A stretch of DNA of 59,329 nt from an uncultured delta proteobacterium. Its GTDB lineage: Bacteria; Desulfobacterota; RBG-13-43-22. Both the position numbers and the translations under genes were made by a program. The stretch spans positions 1 to 59,329 of the forward strand of contig CAWJJC010000032.1 in NCBI GenBank assembly GCA_963843145.1, in the 5' to 3' direction. Of the stretch, positions 23,329 to 33,245 are shown one piece after another (the first letter of the stretch is position 1; each line of letters opens with the position of its first letter). The notes beneath the pieces were generated by a model. It was not told where the DNA came from, made no database searches, and saw nothing but the letters and a program-made list of their open reading frames with translations.

Positions 23329-23946
23329 CTAATAGTACGTGGCGTTGACCAACTTCACTATGGCGTACTCAGGGTAAAACTCGATGATATTCAGACAGGC
23401 GTAGGCCTGGTCCATAAAAAACATTCTTTTGAAGGGCAGTCCCAAGGCCTTGGCCAGGATGACCCGGTTAACCCCCGCATGGGCCGCCAGGAGGATAGCC
23501 GACCCCCGGTTTTCGTCGAGAAGGGTATTGAGGCCCTTGAGCACGCGATTGCGGAATTGGTCCCAGTTTTCCCCGCCCGGGAAACGGAACTGCTTCAAGT
23601 TGCTGAAATGGAATTTTTTTCGATTCGGGTACCTTCGCTCGATCTCCTTCCAGGATCTCCCATCCCATTCGCCCATGTTCATTTCGCGGAATTCAGCCCG
23701 CCCCTCCGGCTCAATGGCCCTTCCCCGGCAGATTATTTGGGCCGACTCCACGGCCCTGATGAGGTCACTGGCAACGGCACGTTCCAAGGGCACTATCTTC
23801 AGATGCTGGGCAAGCCGCTCCAATTGAATCCGTCCGTTGGCGCTCAGGCCGGCATCGGTAAAACCCAAGAATTTTCCCTGAGCGGATTGCGCCACCTCGC
23901 CGTGCCGGACCAGAAAGAGACGGGTAGTCTTCTCCTTCTTACCCAT
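23329..23946 (-). CDS. cobC: Histidine phosphatase, probable alpha-ribazole phosphatase
   Basis: LVRHGE, SDLIRA, HAGVNR; located between cobS and cbiB. Confidence 0.8.
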   Translation of the reverse strand: MGKKEKTTRLFLVRHGEVAQSAQGKFLGFTDAGLSANGRIQLERLAQHLKIVPLERAVASDLIRAVESAQIICRGRAIEPEGRAEFREMNMGEWDGRSWKEIERRYPNRKKFHFSNLKQFRFPGGENWDQFRNRVLKGLNTLLDENRGSAILLAAHAGVNRVILAKALGLPFKRMFFMDQAYACLNIIEFYPEYAIVKLVNATYY

Positions 23947-24688
23947 GACCGCCTACCCCGACAATAAACAGGATTCCCAGCAGTTCGCTGGTTTCAATCG
24001 TAGCGCCCAGAGCATCGCCGGTCACCCCACCCAATTTTCGGAAAAAAAACCAGCCGCTTAACAGGCTCCAGAGAAGCTGAACGCCCATGAGTCCTAATCC
24101 CAGCCACCCGGCAACGCCGATGGTGATCCCCCAGGCAAAAATCGTGGCCCAGAATAATTCCTTTTTCCCCATTTCCTGAACCAAACCCTGGCCCAGGCCT
24201 CCTTCCGGCCGGGCGTAGGGCCAAAAGGAGGCTAAGAATACCGGGGTCCAGCGGGCGGCTAGAGGAATCAGTATCAAAAAGATGGGCAGGGTGGGTGAAG
24301 GAAGCAACTCCCCGAGAGCGACCCATTTGATCATCAGGAGCAGTACTAGGCCCACAACGCCCATGGACCCCAGGTGAACGTCTTTCATGATCCGCAGGCG
24401 GTCGGCCGGGGTCCTTCCGCCGTAACAGCCGTCCAACGTGTCCCCTAAGCCATCCAGATGCAGGGCCCCGGTCAAAACTACCCAGAAGGCGATTAGCAGC
24501 CCGGCCGTCAGCCCGGCCGAAAAGACCATCAAGGCCAAATGATTGAAGCCCCAGAGCAGTCCGCCGATGGCCAAGCCTACCAGCGGGTAGTATTTGCTGG
24601 AACGGATAAATAACTCGCTGTCGACCCTAATAGCCCCGCCCACGGGAAGAATAGTTAGAAACCGTAAGGCCACCAGGAAAGAGGTCAT
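23939..24688 (-). CDS. cobS: Cobalamin synthase
   Basis: FLTILP, TGALHLDGLGDTLDG, IMKD, GGVTGDALGA. Confidence 0.94.
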   Translation of the reverse strand: MTSFLVALRFLTILPVGGAIRVDSELFIRSSKYYPLVGLAIGGLLWGFNHLALMVFSAGLTAGLLIAFWVVLTGALHLDGLGDTLDGCYGGRTPADRLRIMKDVHLGSMGVVGLVLLLMIKWVALGELLPSPTLPIFLILIPLAARWTPVFLASFWPYARPEGGLGQGLVQEMGKKELFWATIFAWGITIGVAGWLGLGLMGVQLLWSLLSGWFFFRKLGGVTGDALGATIETSELLGILFIVGVGGHG

Positions 24689-25251
24689 CAGGAATTTCCG
24701 CAGGGATGAGGTTTCAGGACCAACGGGATACCGGCTACGGCTAAAATAACCTGATCCGCCACGGCCGCCAGTGCCTGATTCAGGTTCCCGGACAGGTCCC
24801 TGAATTTACGGGCCAGGGGATTATCCGGAACGATCCCCCAGCCCACTTCATTGGAGATAATAATCGTGGGAACCGAAAAAGTTTTAAAAAAATCCACTAC
24901 CTGGAAGGCCTCCTCTCGGAGCGAATCTTCATCCTCACCCCACTTGGCCATCAGGTTGTTTAGCCAGAGGGTCAGACAATCAATGATCACTATCGAGAAA
25001 GGTCGATTTAGGGAACTCAGCGCCTGGGTTAATTGCAGTGGCTCTTCAATAGTCACAAAATCCCCTTCCCGCTCCTCCTGATGGCGGCGGATTCGGAGGG
25101 CCATTTCCTCATCCAGGGCCTGGGCCGTGGCGAGGTATCCCCGCGGCTCGGGATAACTCATTGCGAGCTTCAGCGCCAGGCGGGTTTTGCCGCTTCGACT
25201 GGGTCCGGTGATGAAGGTCAGCCGGGCTGGGGGACAGGGGAATAGAGACAC
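24688..25251 (-). CDS. cobU: Adenosylcobinamide kinase/guanylyltransferase
   Basis: TGPSRSGKT, YLATA, RIRRHQ, DCLTLWL, SNEVGWGIVP. Confidence 0.94.
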   Translation of the reverse strand: MSLFPCPPARLTFITGPSRSGKTRLALKLAMSYPEPRGYLATAQALDEEMALRIRRHQEEREGDFVTIEEPLQLTQALSSLNRPFSIVIIDCLTLWLNNLMAKWGEDEDSLREEAFQVVDFFKTFSVPTIIISNEVGWGIVPDNPLARKFRDLSGNLNQALAAVADQVILAVAGIPLVLKPHPCGNS

Positions 25252-25394
25252 AAAAAAACCTCACCTTTTACAAACGGAATCCTTTTCAGTGACCATCCCC
25301 CAGTCTATCCACGGGTCGTCCGCCTCGGGGAAAGGCGAAATTTAGGGTAAGGAATGTTTTTGGCCAAGTCAATTAAAAACCGTTTCATAAATCC

Positions 25395-26384
25395 TTGACT
25401 TTCTCGACGGCTTGGCTAAAAATCAAACAACTATTTCATCCACCGAAAGAGGGTTCAGTCCTTATGATTTTTTTTCACCGTTTCCCGCCGATACTGATCT
25501 TGCTTATCCTAATCTCATTTTTTAGCATGAAATCTGCCTGGGGAAGCGGCGCCTACCCGTATCGATTTCCCGATTCCAAACTGGCCCTCGACCCCCAGGC
25601 CAATACCGTCATCGGAGTCCCGGGGGAATACGTGACCAAGCCCCAAGATACCTTGCTGGACATAGCCAGAGACAACGATTTGGGTTTCAACGAACTGGAA
25701 AGCCTCTATCCGGAAATCGATCCCTGGGTCCCCCCCGAAGGCACCCATCTCCTCATCCCGACCCAATGGATCCTGCCGGCAACGACTAAATTTGGAATAG
25801 TGATCAACATTGCGGAGATGCGTTTGTTTTATTTTATTAAATCCATTGGCCTGGTCCGGACCTATCCGATCGGTATTGGCGATGAAGGCTGGTTCAGCCC
25901 TCTGGGCTCCTTTCAGGTGGCTCAAAAACGAGAACATCCCGCTTGGCATATCCCCCAGTCACTCCAGGAAAAGTATCAGTTGAAAGTCATGCCCCCCGGT
26001 CCGGATAACCCCTTGGGAGATTATTGGATGGGGCTGTCCATCCCGGGCTACGGGATCCATGGGACCAATTTCCCCTGGGCCATCGGCCGACTGGTAACCC
26101 ACGGGTGTATCCGACTCTATCCGGAGGACATTAAAAAGCTTTTTTTCTTAATTCCCTTAAAAACACCGGTGGAAATGATTTATGAACCGGTCAAAATCGG
26201 TTTTAAGCAGGGACGTATTTATTCCGAAGTTCATTCGGATATATATGATAAAATCCCGGACCTGGTGGAGTACGGCCTGGCCAAGGTCAGAGGGAAGAAA
26301 TGGGGGGATCGGGTCGATCTGGATCTCTTTAGTCAGTCCCTGAAGGAAGCGAAAGGCATACCGGTGGACATCACCAAAGACTAA
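25395..26384 (+). CDS. L,D-transpeptidase (LysM + YkuD; ErfK/YbiS-like); true start may be the ATG at 25464
   Basis: DTLLDIAR..IDPWVP, PGPDNPLG, catalytic YGIHGT..THGCIRL. Confidence 0.92.
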   Translation: MTFSTAWLKIKQLFHPPKEGSVLMIFFHRFPPILILLILISFFSMKSAWGSGAYPYRFPDSKLALDPQANTVIGVPGEYVTKPQDTLLDIARDNDLGFNELESLYPEIDPWVPPEGTHLLIPTQWILPATTKFGIVINIAEMRLFYFIKSIGLVRTYPIGIGDEGWFSPLGSFQVAQKREHPAWHIPQSLQEKYQLKVMPPGPDNPLGDYWMGLSIPGYGIHGTNFPWAIGRLVTHGCIRLYPEDIKKLFFLIPLKTPVEMIYEPVKIGFKQGRIYSEVHSDIYDKIPDLVEYGLAKVRGKKWGDRVDLDLFSQSLKEAKGIPVDITKD

Positions 26385-26392
26385 TTTTTTTC

Positions 26393-26419
26393 TTGACATA
26401 ACTATATATTTTTTATAAT
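26393..26419 (+). promoter_or_regulatory. Candidate sigma70 promoter for the lipoprotein gene
   Basis: TTGACA-15 nt-TATAAT; the spacer is short but includes a T homopolymer that may be miscalled. Confidence 0.45.
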
Positions 26420-26501
26420 CATTTCTATTGAATTCCCATTTACACGTTTTAGATAATCGATAAATTAGTTGACTCTTTTAAGGAGAGGAGGTGAATGTAT
26501 A

Positions 26502-26837
26502 ATGATTAAACCTCAAAGGGTAATCAAAATCGTAAGTCTTCTAACTATGTTTTTTGTTTTGACCGCCTTTGGAGTAGGGTGTACCTGCTTCACGGAAGCC
26601 ACTGCCGAGCCACCCAAGGCAGTTGCGGCTCCGGCGCCGCCACCACCACCGCCGCCGCCGCCAGCAGTGACGAAGTGTGAGTGCGACACGAGCATATTGG
26701 AAGCCATGGTCAAAAAGGCCGAAATGGCAGCCCAAAAGGCTGAAGATGCCGCAGCCAGAGCTGAAAAAGCGGCTGAAAAAGCCGAAGCCGCAGCGAACAA
26801 GGCGGAAGCCGTCTTCATGAAGAAATTGAAGAAGTAA
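26502..26837 (+). CDS. Alanine-zipper (Lpp/OprI-like) lipoprotein
   Basis: AGGAGGTG RBS, signal peptide ending GVGC, poly-Pro linker, AxKAExA heptads, C-terminus FMKKLKK. Confidence 0.8.
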   Translation: MIKPQRVIKIVSLLTMFFVLTAFGVGCTCFTEATAEPPKAVAAPAPPPPPPPPPAVTKCECDTSILEAMVKKAEMAAQKAEDAAARAEKAAEKAEAAANKAEAVFMKKLKK

Positions 26838-26869
26838 CCTTTTCTGAAATTTGTTTCTACTGACAATTG

Positions 26870-26902
26870 ACCGGCAGGTCTTTCGGGACCTGCCGGTTTT
26901 TT
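26870..26902 (+). terminator. Intrinsic terminator
   Basis: accggcaggtc-tttcgg-gacctgccggt followed by a T run. Confidence 0.88.
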
Positions 26903-26930
26903 AGTTATGAAAATTTAAACTATCCCCTCT

Positions 26931-26957
26931 GTCATTGCGAGTGAAGCGAAGCAATCC
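26931..26957. repeat. GTCAT-type REP-like half element
   Basis: gtcattgcgagtgaagcgaagcaatcc, related to 2021-2053 and 32953-33049. Confidence 0.75.
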
Positions 26958-27146
26958 ACCGGTCGAGCGTGAGGAATGTTATACGGGGTAACCGCCATTT
27001 TCATGCTTGGGGTGCCTGCCCCGGGTCGGGAAGGGGTCGCTATGGCCAGAAGACCACTTTCTCTGGCAAATCTAGGACCTTTCATGCTATAATTCACTTA
27101 AAATATCGCCCCCTGGAATCCTCGGCCCTGTTTCTTAGAGTTTTTT

Positions 27147-29033
27147 ATGTCGGAAAATGAATACCAAGTTATTGTCGTCGGCGCCGGTCACGCCGGGATT
27201 GAAGCCGGTCTGGCGGCGGCCCGGATGGGGTGCCGGACCCTGTTGCTGACCATCAACGTGGACCACATCGGGGCCATGTCCTGCAATCCCGCCATCGGAG
27301 GATTAGCCAAAGGGCACCTGGTTAAGGAAATCGATGCCTTGGGCGGCGAAATGGCCAAAGCCATCGATGCCACCGGGATCCAGTTCCGCCGCCTGAATAC
27401 CCAGAAGGGGCCGGCAGTCTGGTCTTCCCGGGCCCAGGCGGACATGGAAGCCTACAAGCAGTATATGCGCTGGGTCGTGGAGAGCCAGGAAGGGTTGGAT
27501 CTTCGCCAGGGAATGGTGGATACCCTCTGGGTGGAAAACGGGCGGATCAAAGGCCTCCAAACCGACTTGGGCCTGGTTTTTGAAGGGCAAACCGTAATCC
27601 TGACTACAGGGACCTTTCTCCAGGGCCTGATCCATGTGGGCTTAAATCATTTTCCGGCCGGCCGGATGGGGGACCCCGCCTCGCTGGGTCTCTCGGCTTC
27701 CCTAAGATCCCTGGGACTGGAATTGGGGAGACTTAAAACCGGGACGACACCCCGGCTTCAGGGCAAGTCCATCGATTTTTCTTCCCTCAGTCCTCAAAAC
27801 GGAGATGAGCCTCCCCTGCCCTTTTCTTTTACTACCCAGTCTATCGATCGGCCCCAGGTCCCCTGTTATCTGACCTACACCCAGACCCGGACCCATGAAT
27901 TGATTCTGGCCAACCTGGACCGCTCCCCCCTTTACAGTGGTCTGATCAAAGGGACCGGGGCCCGCTACTGTCCTTCCATCGAAGACAAGGTCGTTCGTTT
28001 CCCCGAAAAAGTCCGCCACCAGATCTTCCTGGAACCGGAAGGACGGATGACCACCGAATATTATCCCAACGGGATTCCTACCAGCCTGCCCATCGATGTC
28101 CAACAGGCCGTCATTCATTCCATCCCCGGATTGGAAAAAGCCAAGATGGTTCGGCCGGGCTATGCCATCGAATACGACTATGTCAACCCGCTCCAACTGC
28201 ATCCCACCTTGGAAGTAAAATCCGTCGCCGGTCTTTTTCTGGCCGGACAGATCAACGGGACCTCCGGTTACGAAGAGGCCGGCGCCCAGGGGTTGATGGC
28301 CGGGATCAATGCCGCTCTGCAGGTCCAACACCGACCTTCCCTGGTTTTGAATCGTTCCCAGGCCTACATAGGGGTCATGGTTGACGACCTGGTTACCAGA
28401 GGCACCCGCGAACCTTATCGAATGTTTACCTCGCGGGCCGAGTATCGCCTGTTGCTTCGGGAAGACAATGCCGACCTGCGCTTGATGGAAACAGGAAGGG
28501 TCTGCGGCTTGATCGGAAACGCCCGGTATCGGGATTTTGTCCAAAAAAAGGCCGGAATTGAGACCGCCTGGGGGCTGCTTCGGGAAACCTGGGTCCATCC
28601 CAATCAGGAAACCAATGCTCGGCTGAATGAACTCAATAGTCGCCCCCTTCGAAAACCGGTTACCTTAAAGGAGCTGTTACGCCGACCGGAAATATCCTGG
28701 GAAGACCTTTTCCCGCTCTTCCCGCAACTGAAGCAATTTCAATCTAAGGTTTTAGAACAATTGGCCATTCAGGTAAAATACGAAGGGTATTTAATCCGTC
28801 AGGAAGAACAGGTCCACCGATTTGAAAAGAGCGAGAACCTGGTCATTCCGGCCGATATGGATTTTGCCGGTCTGGCCGGGTTGTCCAACGAAATTAAAGA
28901 AAAACTCAAGACCATTCGCCCTCTTTCGTTAGGACAGGCTTCTCGGATTTCCGGTATGACCCCTGCCGCTCTGACCATCCTGCAGGTCCATCTTAAAAAG
29001 CGTGAGGCGGCCAGACGACCGGAAGAACCTTGA
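27147..29033 (+). CDS. mnmG: tRNA uridine 5-carboxymethylaminomethyl modification enzyme
   Basis: [45 protein letters not shown]. Confidence 0.98.
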   Translation: MSENEYQVIVVGAGHAGIEAGLAAARMGCRTLLLTINVDHIGAMSCNPAIGGLAKGHLVKEIDALGGEMAKAIDATGIQFRRLNTQKGPAVWSSRAQADMEAYKQYMRWVVESQEGLDLRQGMVDTLWVENGRIKGLQTDLGLVFEGQTVILTTGTFLQGLIHVGLNHFPAGRMGDPASLGLSASLRSLGLELGRLKTGTTPRLQGKSIDFSSLSPQNGDEPPLPFSFTTQSIDRPQVPCYLTYTQTRTHELILANLDRSPLYSGLIKGTGARYCPSIEDKVVRFPEKVRHQIFLEPEGRMTTEYYPNGIPTSLPIDVQQAVIHSIPGLEKAKMVRPGYAIEYDYVNPLQLHPTLEVKSVAGLFLAGQINGTSGYEEAGAQGLMAGINAALQVQHRPSLVLNRSQAYIGVMVDDLVTRGTREPYRMFTSRAEYRLLLREDNADLRLMETGRVCGLIGNARYRDFVQKKAGIETAWGLLRETWVHPNQETNARLNELNSRPLRKPVTLKELLRRPEISWEDLFPLFPQLKQFQSKVLEQLAIQVKYEGYLIRQEEQVHRFEKSENLVIPADMDFAGLAGLSNEIKEKLKTIRPLSLGQASRISGMTPAALTILQVHLKKREAARRPEEP

Positions 29034-29104
29034 TCTTTTGGCGGTCAGCAATAATCCGGGGTATTTTGAACGCCAAAATAAAAAAGAATAATAAAAAAAA
29101 AGAC

Positions 29105-29133
29105 TTGACAAGGCTACCGGCTTAGCGCATATT
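29105..29133 (+). promoter_or_regulatory. Candidate sigma70 promoter of ihfA
   Basis: TTGACA-17 nt-CATATT. Confidence 0.5.
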
Positions 29134-29210
29134 GAATTCCGTTTTAAATTAGGCAGGTTAACTCAATTCTTAGGCCAAAGCGGCCGAATTTTTCAGAAAG
29201 GGGAGGATCG

Positions 29211-29513
29211 ATGGCGCTGACCAAGGAGAAAATAATCGCAACGGTCTATGAGCAGATTGGTTTCAGCAAAAGTCAATCCCGGGAAGTGATTGAACAGTTG
29301 CTGGATATCATGAAGAAGGCCTTGGCTAGTGAGGAAAACCTTCTGATAAGCGGCTTTGGAAAATTTGTGGTAAAACGAAAAAGGGCCCGCCGGGGTCGAA
29401 ACCCCCAGACCAATGAAGACCTGCAGTTAAAAGCCCGCAAGGTAGTGGTCTTCAAGACCTCCGGCGTCTTACGGAAAAAGATTAACTCCTCTCAGTCGTT
29501 AAAAAACCGCTAA
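29211..29513 (+). CDS. ihfA: Integration host factor subunit alpha
   Basis: MALTK, ISGFGKF, RRGRNPQT, VVVFKTS. Confidence 0.9.
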   Translation: MALTKEKIIATVYEQIGFSKSQSREVIEQLLDIMKKALASEENLLISGFGKFVVKRKRARRGRNPQTNEDLQLKARKVVVFKTSGVLRKKINSSQSLKNR

Positions 29514-29607
29514 AACCAAACGACTCCCGGATCCAATCGCACTCCCGGAAAACCGACATTCCTGAATGTCCGCATCCTAATGGAGGGGTCCTCGATCGAT
29601 CCGTCCC

Positions 29608-30447
29608 TTATTGGGCCATGACCAATACTTGGCTGAAGCCTTTGCCTTCAAGTTCCTTTTGGATACGGAGGGCTTCGTTGAGTTGTTCCTGGCAATTGAT
29701 TCGCACCCGATAGATACGTTCCCCCTTAATAGTCGTCTCCATTACTTCCACTTCCAGGTAATCGGCCCGCAGGCGGTCTTTCAGACGATTCGCGTTTTCA
29801 ATTTCCTTGAAGGCCCCAATCTGGACAACAAAAGGCCCTTTTTGATAATCAATTTCCTGTATTAGACGGGTAGTTTTCCGTCCATTTTCTTCCCCTTCCA
29901 TCAAAACGCCGATGGCCTCTAATTCCACCTGGGCCGTCCCCGGACCGATCAGGCCCAGGGCCTTGGCGCTGTCGTAGGATAGATCGATAATCCGTTCTTT
30001 TACGAAAGGCCCCCGGTCGTTGATCCGCACGATGATCTCCTTATTATTCGCCGGATTCCTGACCTTCACTTGGGTGTTTAAAGGCAGGATGCGATGAGCG
30101 GCGGTGGGTCCGAACATATCGTAGGTCTCACCGGATGAAGTCCTTTTACCATGAAAATCAGGTCCATACCATGAAGCGATGCCTTGTTCGCGGTAGCCCT
30201 CTATGGAATTCAGGGGGAAGTACCAATGGCCGTCAACGGCATAAGGTCGATCTTTGAGGGAGGCCATTCTATCAGGCCCACCTCCTCGGATCTTTTTTTT
30301 ATCAACCGTTTTTACGGCCGGGGTGCCGGGGATTGAAGACGGGGTATCCGAACTTTTAATGACCGCCTTGGAGCAGCCGATAAAGGAAATCAGGACCATT
30401 CCCGACAAGAGGAGCCTTACCTTCCGAGGAAACCTTAGAACAAGCAT
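29608..30447 (-). CDS. rlpA: RlpA-family lipoprotein with SPOR domain
   Basis: Lipobox FIGC, ASWYG..FHG, AAHR.LP, RINDRGPF, VQIGAF. Confidence 0.92.
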   Translation of the reverse strand: MLVLRFPRKVRLLLSGMVLISFIGCSKAVIKSSDTPSSIPGTPAVKTVDKKKIRGGGPDRMASLKDRPYAVDGHWYFPLNSIEGYREQGIASWYGPDFHGKRTSSGETYDMFGPTAAHRILPLNTQVKVRNPANNKEIIVRINDRGPFVKERIIDLSYDSAKALGLIGPGTAQVELEAIGVLMEGEENGRKTTRLIQEIDYQKGPFVVQIGAFKEIENANRLKDRLRADYLEVEVMETTIKGERIYRVRINCQEQLNEALRIQKELEGKGFSQVLVMAQ

Positions 30448-30556
30448 AGGATCATCCTAACTTTTGAATTGGTTTATGTTACAGCCAAAAAAATCCCAAA
30501 GGCAAATGGTTGATACGAAAATAATGTCAGCCGCCACATTGGACATTTGTTTTTGT

Positions 30557-30646
30557 CGTCATTCCGGACAAGCAAAGCGCGATCCGGAATCCAAGCTTCG
30601 GCCAAGCCTCAAAGGGCCTGGATGCCGGATCAAGTCCGGCATGACG
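30557..30646. repeat. GTCAT..ATGAC palindromic element
   Basis: cgtcattccggacaagcaaagcgcgatccggaatcca..ggatgccggatcaagtccggcatgacg; near-identical arms at 59107-59195. Confidence 0.85.
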
Positions 30647-30870
30647 AGCTGACTCGACCCGTTTAAAGCCTATTCCCATGCTTCGAGGTGTCCGCCCCGG
30701 GCCTGGGGGTTTAGTAGGTAAATAACAAAAAGTTAACACCCTTAAATAGTAACAAAAAAGTAAAATTATTTACAAGTTTTTTCCTTGACAACCCCTCCGC
30801 CCCTATTGTATATAATCACTTTATAGTTATAAAATAGTTAATTTGTGACTATGCACTCAAAGGAGACCCT

Positions 30871-31623
30871 ATGCGTTTAAAAGATAAAATTGCAGTGGTC
30901 ACCGGTGCCAGCCGGGGAGTTGGTCGGGCCATAGCCTTAGCGTATGCCCGTGAAGGCGCGAATGTGGTGGTCAATTACGCCTCGAATGAAGCCGCCGCCG
31001 ACCAGGTAGTTCGGGAAATTGAGGCTTTGGGACAGAAAGCCGTTAAAATTCAGGGCGATGTGGCCAGGAAAGAAGAAGCTACGGCCGTGATTCAGAGCGC
31101 CAAGGACCATTTCGGACGTCTGGATATCCTGGTGAATAACGCCGGCTTTTCCAAACCGGCCATGTTACTCAAGATGACCGAGGAGCAGTGGGACCAGGTA
31201 GTGGATCTGCATTTAAAAGGGGCCTTTCTTTGTACCCAGGCGGCCGCCCAGATCATGAAAGAACAAAAAAGCGGCAAAATGATCAATGTCACCTCCGTGG
31301 CCGGCCTGGTGGGAACAGTCGGGCAGATCAATTACAGCGCCGCCAAGGGGGGACTGCTCTCCTTTACCAAATCGGCAGCCCGAGAACTGGCCCGCTACAA
31401 TATCTGCGTCAATGTTATTTCTCTGGGGATCGTGGCTACGGATATGACCGAAAAAATCCGCAGCGACGAAAAATTAAAAGAAATCTACATGCGCCGGATA
31501 CTGCTGGAGCGCTTCGCCGAACCGGACGACATTACCCCGGCCTTCGTCTTCCTGGCCTCCGATGAGGCCAATTACATCACCGGCCAGTTGCTCTGCGTGG
31601 ACGGCGGCTACGGGATGATCTAA
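30871..31623 (+). CDS. Short-chain dehydrogenase/reductase (FabG-like)
   Basis: TGASRGVG, NNAG, YSAAK. Confidence 0.9.
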   Translation: MRLKDKIAVVTGASRGVGRAIALAYAREGANVVVNYASNEAAADQVVREIEALGQKAVKIQGDVARKEEATAVIQSAKDHFGRLDILVNNAGFSKPAMLLKMTEEQWDQVVDLHLKGAFLCTQAAAQIMKEQKSGKMINVTSVAGLVGTVGQINYSAAKGGLLSFTKSAARELARYNICVNVISLGIVATDMTEKIRSDEKLKEIYMRRILLERFAEPDDITPAFVFLASDEANYITGQLLCVDGGYGMI

Positions 31624-31798
31624 GGCAGGTGGCTGTGTGGGAAGGTGAAGTAATAGCCGCTCAATACCCACATACTCACACACCCTTTTGGGGTATGTTT
31701 GGTTTTTCCCCGAACCCTGAACCCCAATTTCCGAGGCCCTAAAAAACTTGAATCGGAACTCAATCAACTAACCCATTTTCTATAAGGAGGAATGAACT

Positions 31799-32912
31799 AT
31801 GGCCGAAATACCTGCCGTGATTAAGACCTGGCAGATGGTCCAACCGACTGTCTATAACAAGGAAACCAAAGAAACCACCCCGGGAAAACTGGAATTGAAG
31901 GAAATTCCGGTACCGGAATTAAAACCCGGGGAAGTGCTGGTTGAGGTAGCCGGGTGCGGCGTTTGCCACACCGACCTGGGCTATTTCTATGATGGCGTAC
32001 CCACCGTGTCCAAGCCCCCCCTGACACTGGGCCACGAAATTGCCGGGACCGTGGTGGCCGGCGAATAAGTTCTGGATGGGCAAAGAAGTGATCATCCCGG
32101 CGGTCATGCCCTGCCGTCAGTGCATCCTCTGCAAGACTAGTCGGGGAAACCGCTGTCTGAAACAGCAGATGCCCGGGAACAGCCTGGGTCTATACGGCGG
32201 CTTCTCCAGCCATATTCCGGTCCCCAGCATCGATCTCTGTGAGGTCAAAGGCCGGGGCGATTTTCCTTTAGCCCATCTGGCGGTGGTGGCCGATGCCGGA
32301 ACTACCCCGTATCAGGCGGCTAAGAGAGCCGATCTTCAGCCCGGCGACAATGTGGTGATTATCGGGATTACCGGGGGCGTGGGACAATATATGGGTCAAA
32401 TGGCCAAGGCCCTGGGGGCCAAGACGGTTATCGGTATTGCCCGGAACGAAGTGAAGTTGCAGCGAGCGCTAAAACACGGAGCGGACTTGGTGATCAACTC
32501 CAAGGACAAGGACGCCGGGGCCGTTTCCAAGGAGTTTCGGGAAATTTGCAAGAGCAGGGGCCTGCCGGGCTTCGGCTGGAAGATCTTTGAGATCAGCGGC
32601 ACCAAGGGGGGCCAGGAGATCGGGCTGGCCCTGCTGGGCTTCACCGGAAAACTGATCATCGTCGGTTTCACTATGGCTAAGACCGAATATGCGCTGGGTC
32701 GGCTTATGGCCTTTGACGCGGAAATCATCGGCACTTGGGGCTGTTTGCCGGAATATTACCCCATCGTTCTGGATATGGTGCTGTCCAAAAAGATAGACAT
32801 CGGTCCTTTTGTGGAAACCCGGCCCATGAGCACCATTGCCGAGACTTTCGCCGAAGTGCATAAGGCGGGCTCCCCGGCCAAGCGGATCGTTCTGACGCCG
32901 GATTTTAAATAA
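31799..32912 (+). CDS. had: 6-hydroxycyclohex-1-ene-1-carbonyl-CoA dehydrogenase (Had/BamQ); one frameshift near 32065
   Basis: Zn-ADH motifs GCGVCHTD and LGHE, VIIPAVMPC..C..C, VVADAGTTPYQA, RLMAFDA..GTWGC; adjacent to oah. Confidence 0.88.
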
Positions 32913-32952
32913 CGCCTTAGGATGATTGTTGGACACAACTTTGCTTTTCTAG

Positions 32953-33049
32953 GTCATTGCGAGAAGTGAAGCGACGAAGCAATCCCCCGCCAAGTTTATT
33001 CTTTTCTGGAAGCTCGACCGGGAGATTGCTTCGCTTCGCTCGCAATGAC
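32953..33049. repeat. GTCAT..ATGAC palindromic element
   Basis: gtcattgcgagaagtgaagcgacgaagcaatcc..gagattgcttcgcttcgctcgcaatgac. Confidence 0.85.
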
Positions 33050-33066
33050 GGTTTCTTTGATTATCG

Positions 33067-33201
33067 TTAGATTCTTCCATCCATTGTTTTGAGAATTTGT
33101 CTCTAGCAATGGATGGAAGAATCTAAATTAAAAAGCGTTTTCTTTGAACCTTTTAAAGTAGTTTTTATTATAGCCAAAAATATTTCAAATATTTTTGGCT
33201 A
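33067..33201. repeat. Two perfect inverted repeats upstream of oah
   Basis: 20-bp arms at 33067-33086/33107-33126 and 15-bp arms at 33171-33185/33187-33201; a related copy lies at 51065-51143. Confidence 0.8.
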
Positions 33202-33245
33202 GGGATGATGGCTTATAAAACTTAAAAAACAAGGAGGAATATTTT

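Noticed and set aside
25252-25394. Cobalamin riboswitch upstream of cobU
   Set aside because: No recognisable B12-box or conserved core on the minus strand, and the leader is short. An Rfam scan would settle it.
32040-32070. Programmed frameshift in had
   Set aside because: No slippery sequence, and the window has many similar indels best explained as sequencing errors.
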